Assembly: GCF_035594765.1 (NCBI RefSeq)
Contig: NC_085843.1
Span: 67,316,201 to 67,380,200, forward strand
Source of the DNA: Anolis carolinensis
Lineage: Eukaryota
Direction: 5' to 3'
Length of the DNA stretch: 64,000 nucleotides
The stretch's first letter is position 1. Each line of letters begins with the position of its first letter. Made by a program: the position numbers and the translations under genes. The notes beneath the pieces are model-generated. The model saw only the letters and a list, made by a program, of their open reading frames with translations, did no database searches and had not been told where the DNA came from. Below are positions 63,900-64,000 of the stretch, in pieces.

Positions 63900-64000
63900 G
63901 ACCCTACTCTCAATCCCACCCCGTTGCAAGCACAGCTGATGGAAATGAGGAGGCCTTCTCTGTGATTGCTCCCTGCCTCTGGAACTCCCTCCCAAAAGAA
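63900..64000 (+). mobile_element. L2 3' region fragment running off the window
   Basis: gaggccttctctgtgattgctccctgcctctggaactccctccc matches 2510-2560. Confidence 0.7.

Noticed and set aside
63230-63965. Long overlapping ORFs (206, 196, 108 aa)
   Set aside because: Produced by a 39-bp (multiple of three) tandem repeat and not conserved with LTR A copy 1.

Overview
Eukaryotic, repeat-rich, apparently intronic or intergenic DNA from a squamate. The repeat set (Sauria SINE, Anolis SINE2-type SINE, L2, CR1, L1, RTE, Vingi, Penelope, DIRS, Helitron, hAT and Tc1/mariner MITEs) points to an Anolis lizard. I found no host exon I can support, and nearly every long ORF is transposon-derived or a low-complexity artefact. 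The main signal is four solo LTRs with 5-bp target-site duplications: family A at 5296-6894 and 62677-63823 (+), and related families B and C at 23881-24844 and 34719-35582 (-). Each carries a reading frame open from the second base of the LTR. The family A frame shows clear purifying selection (13 synonymous, 0 replacement changes in one 32-codon block). It encodes two tandem helix-AP-acidic-FxGF motifs that closely resemble the LEDGF/TFIIS-N-terminal-domain-binding motif of JPO2/CDCA7L, PogZ and IWS1. The B and C frames encode colinear 92-aa peptides ending in an HMGN-like RRSAR(I/L)A motif. My inference is that these are LTR-encoded, probably integrase C-terminal, chromatin-tethering modules. 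Other structure includes head-to-tail Helitrons with a higher-order minisatellite, a 5'-inverted L1 and several multi-level nested insertions resolved by TSDs. Family names come from motif recognition and memory, not database searches.
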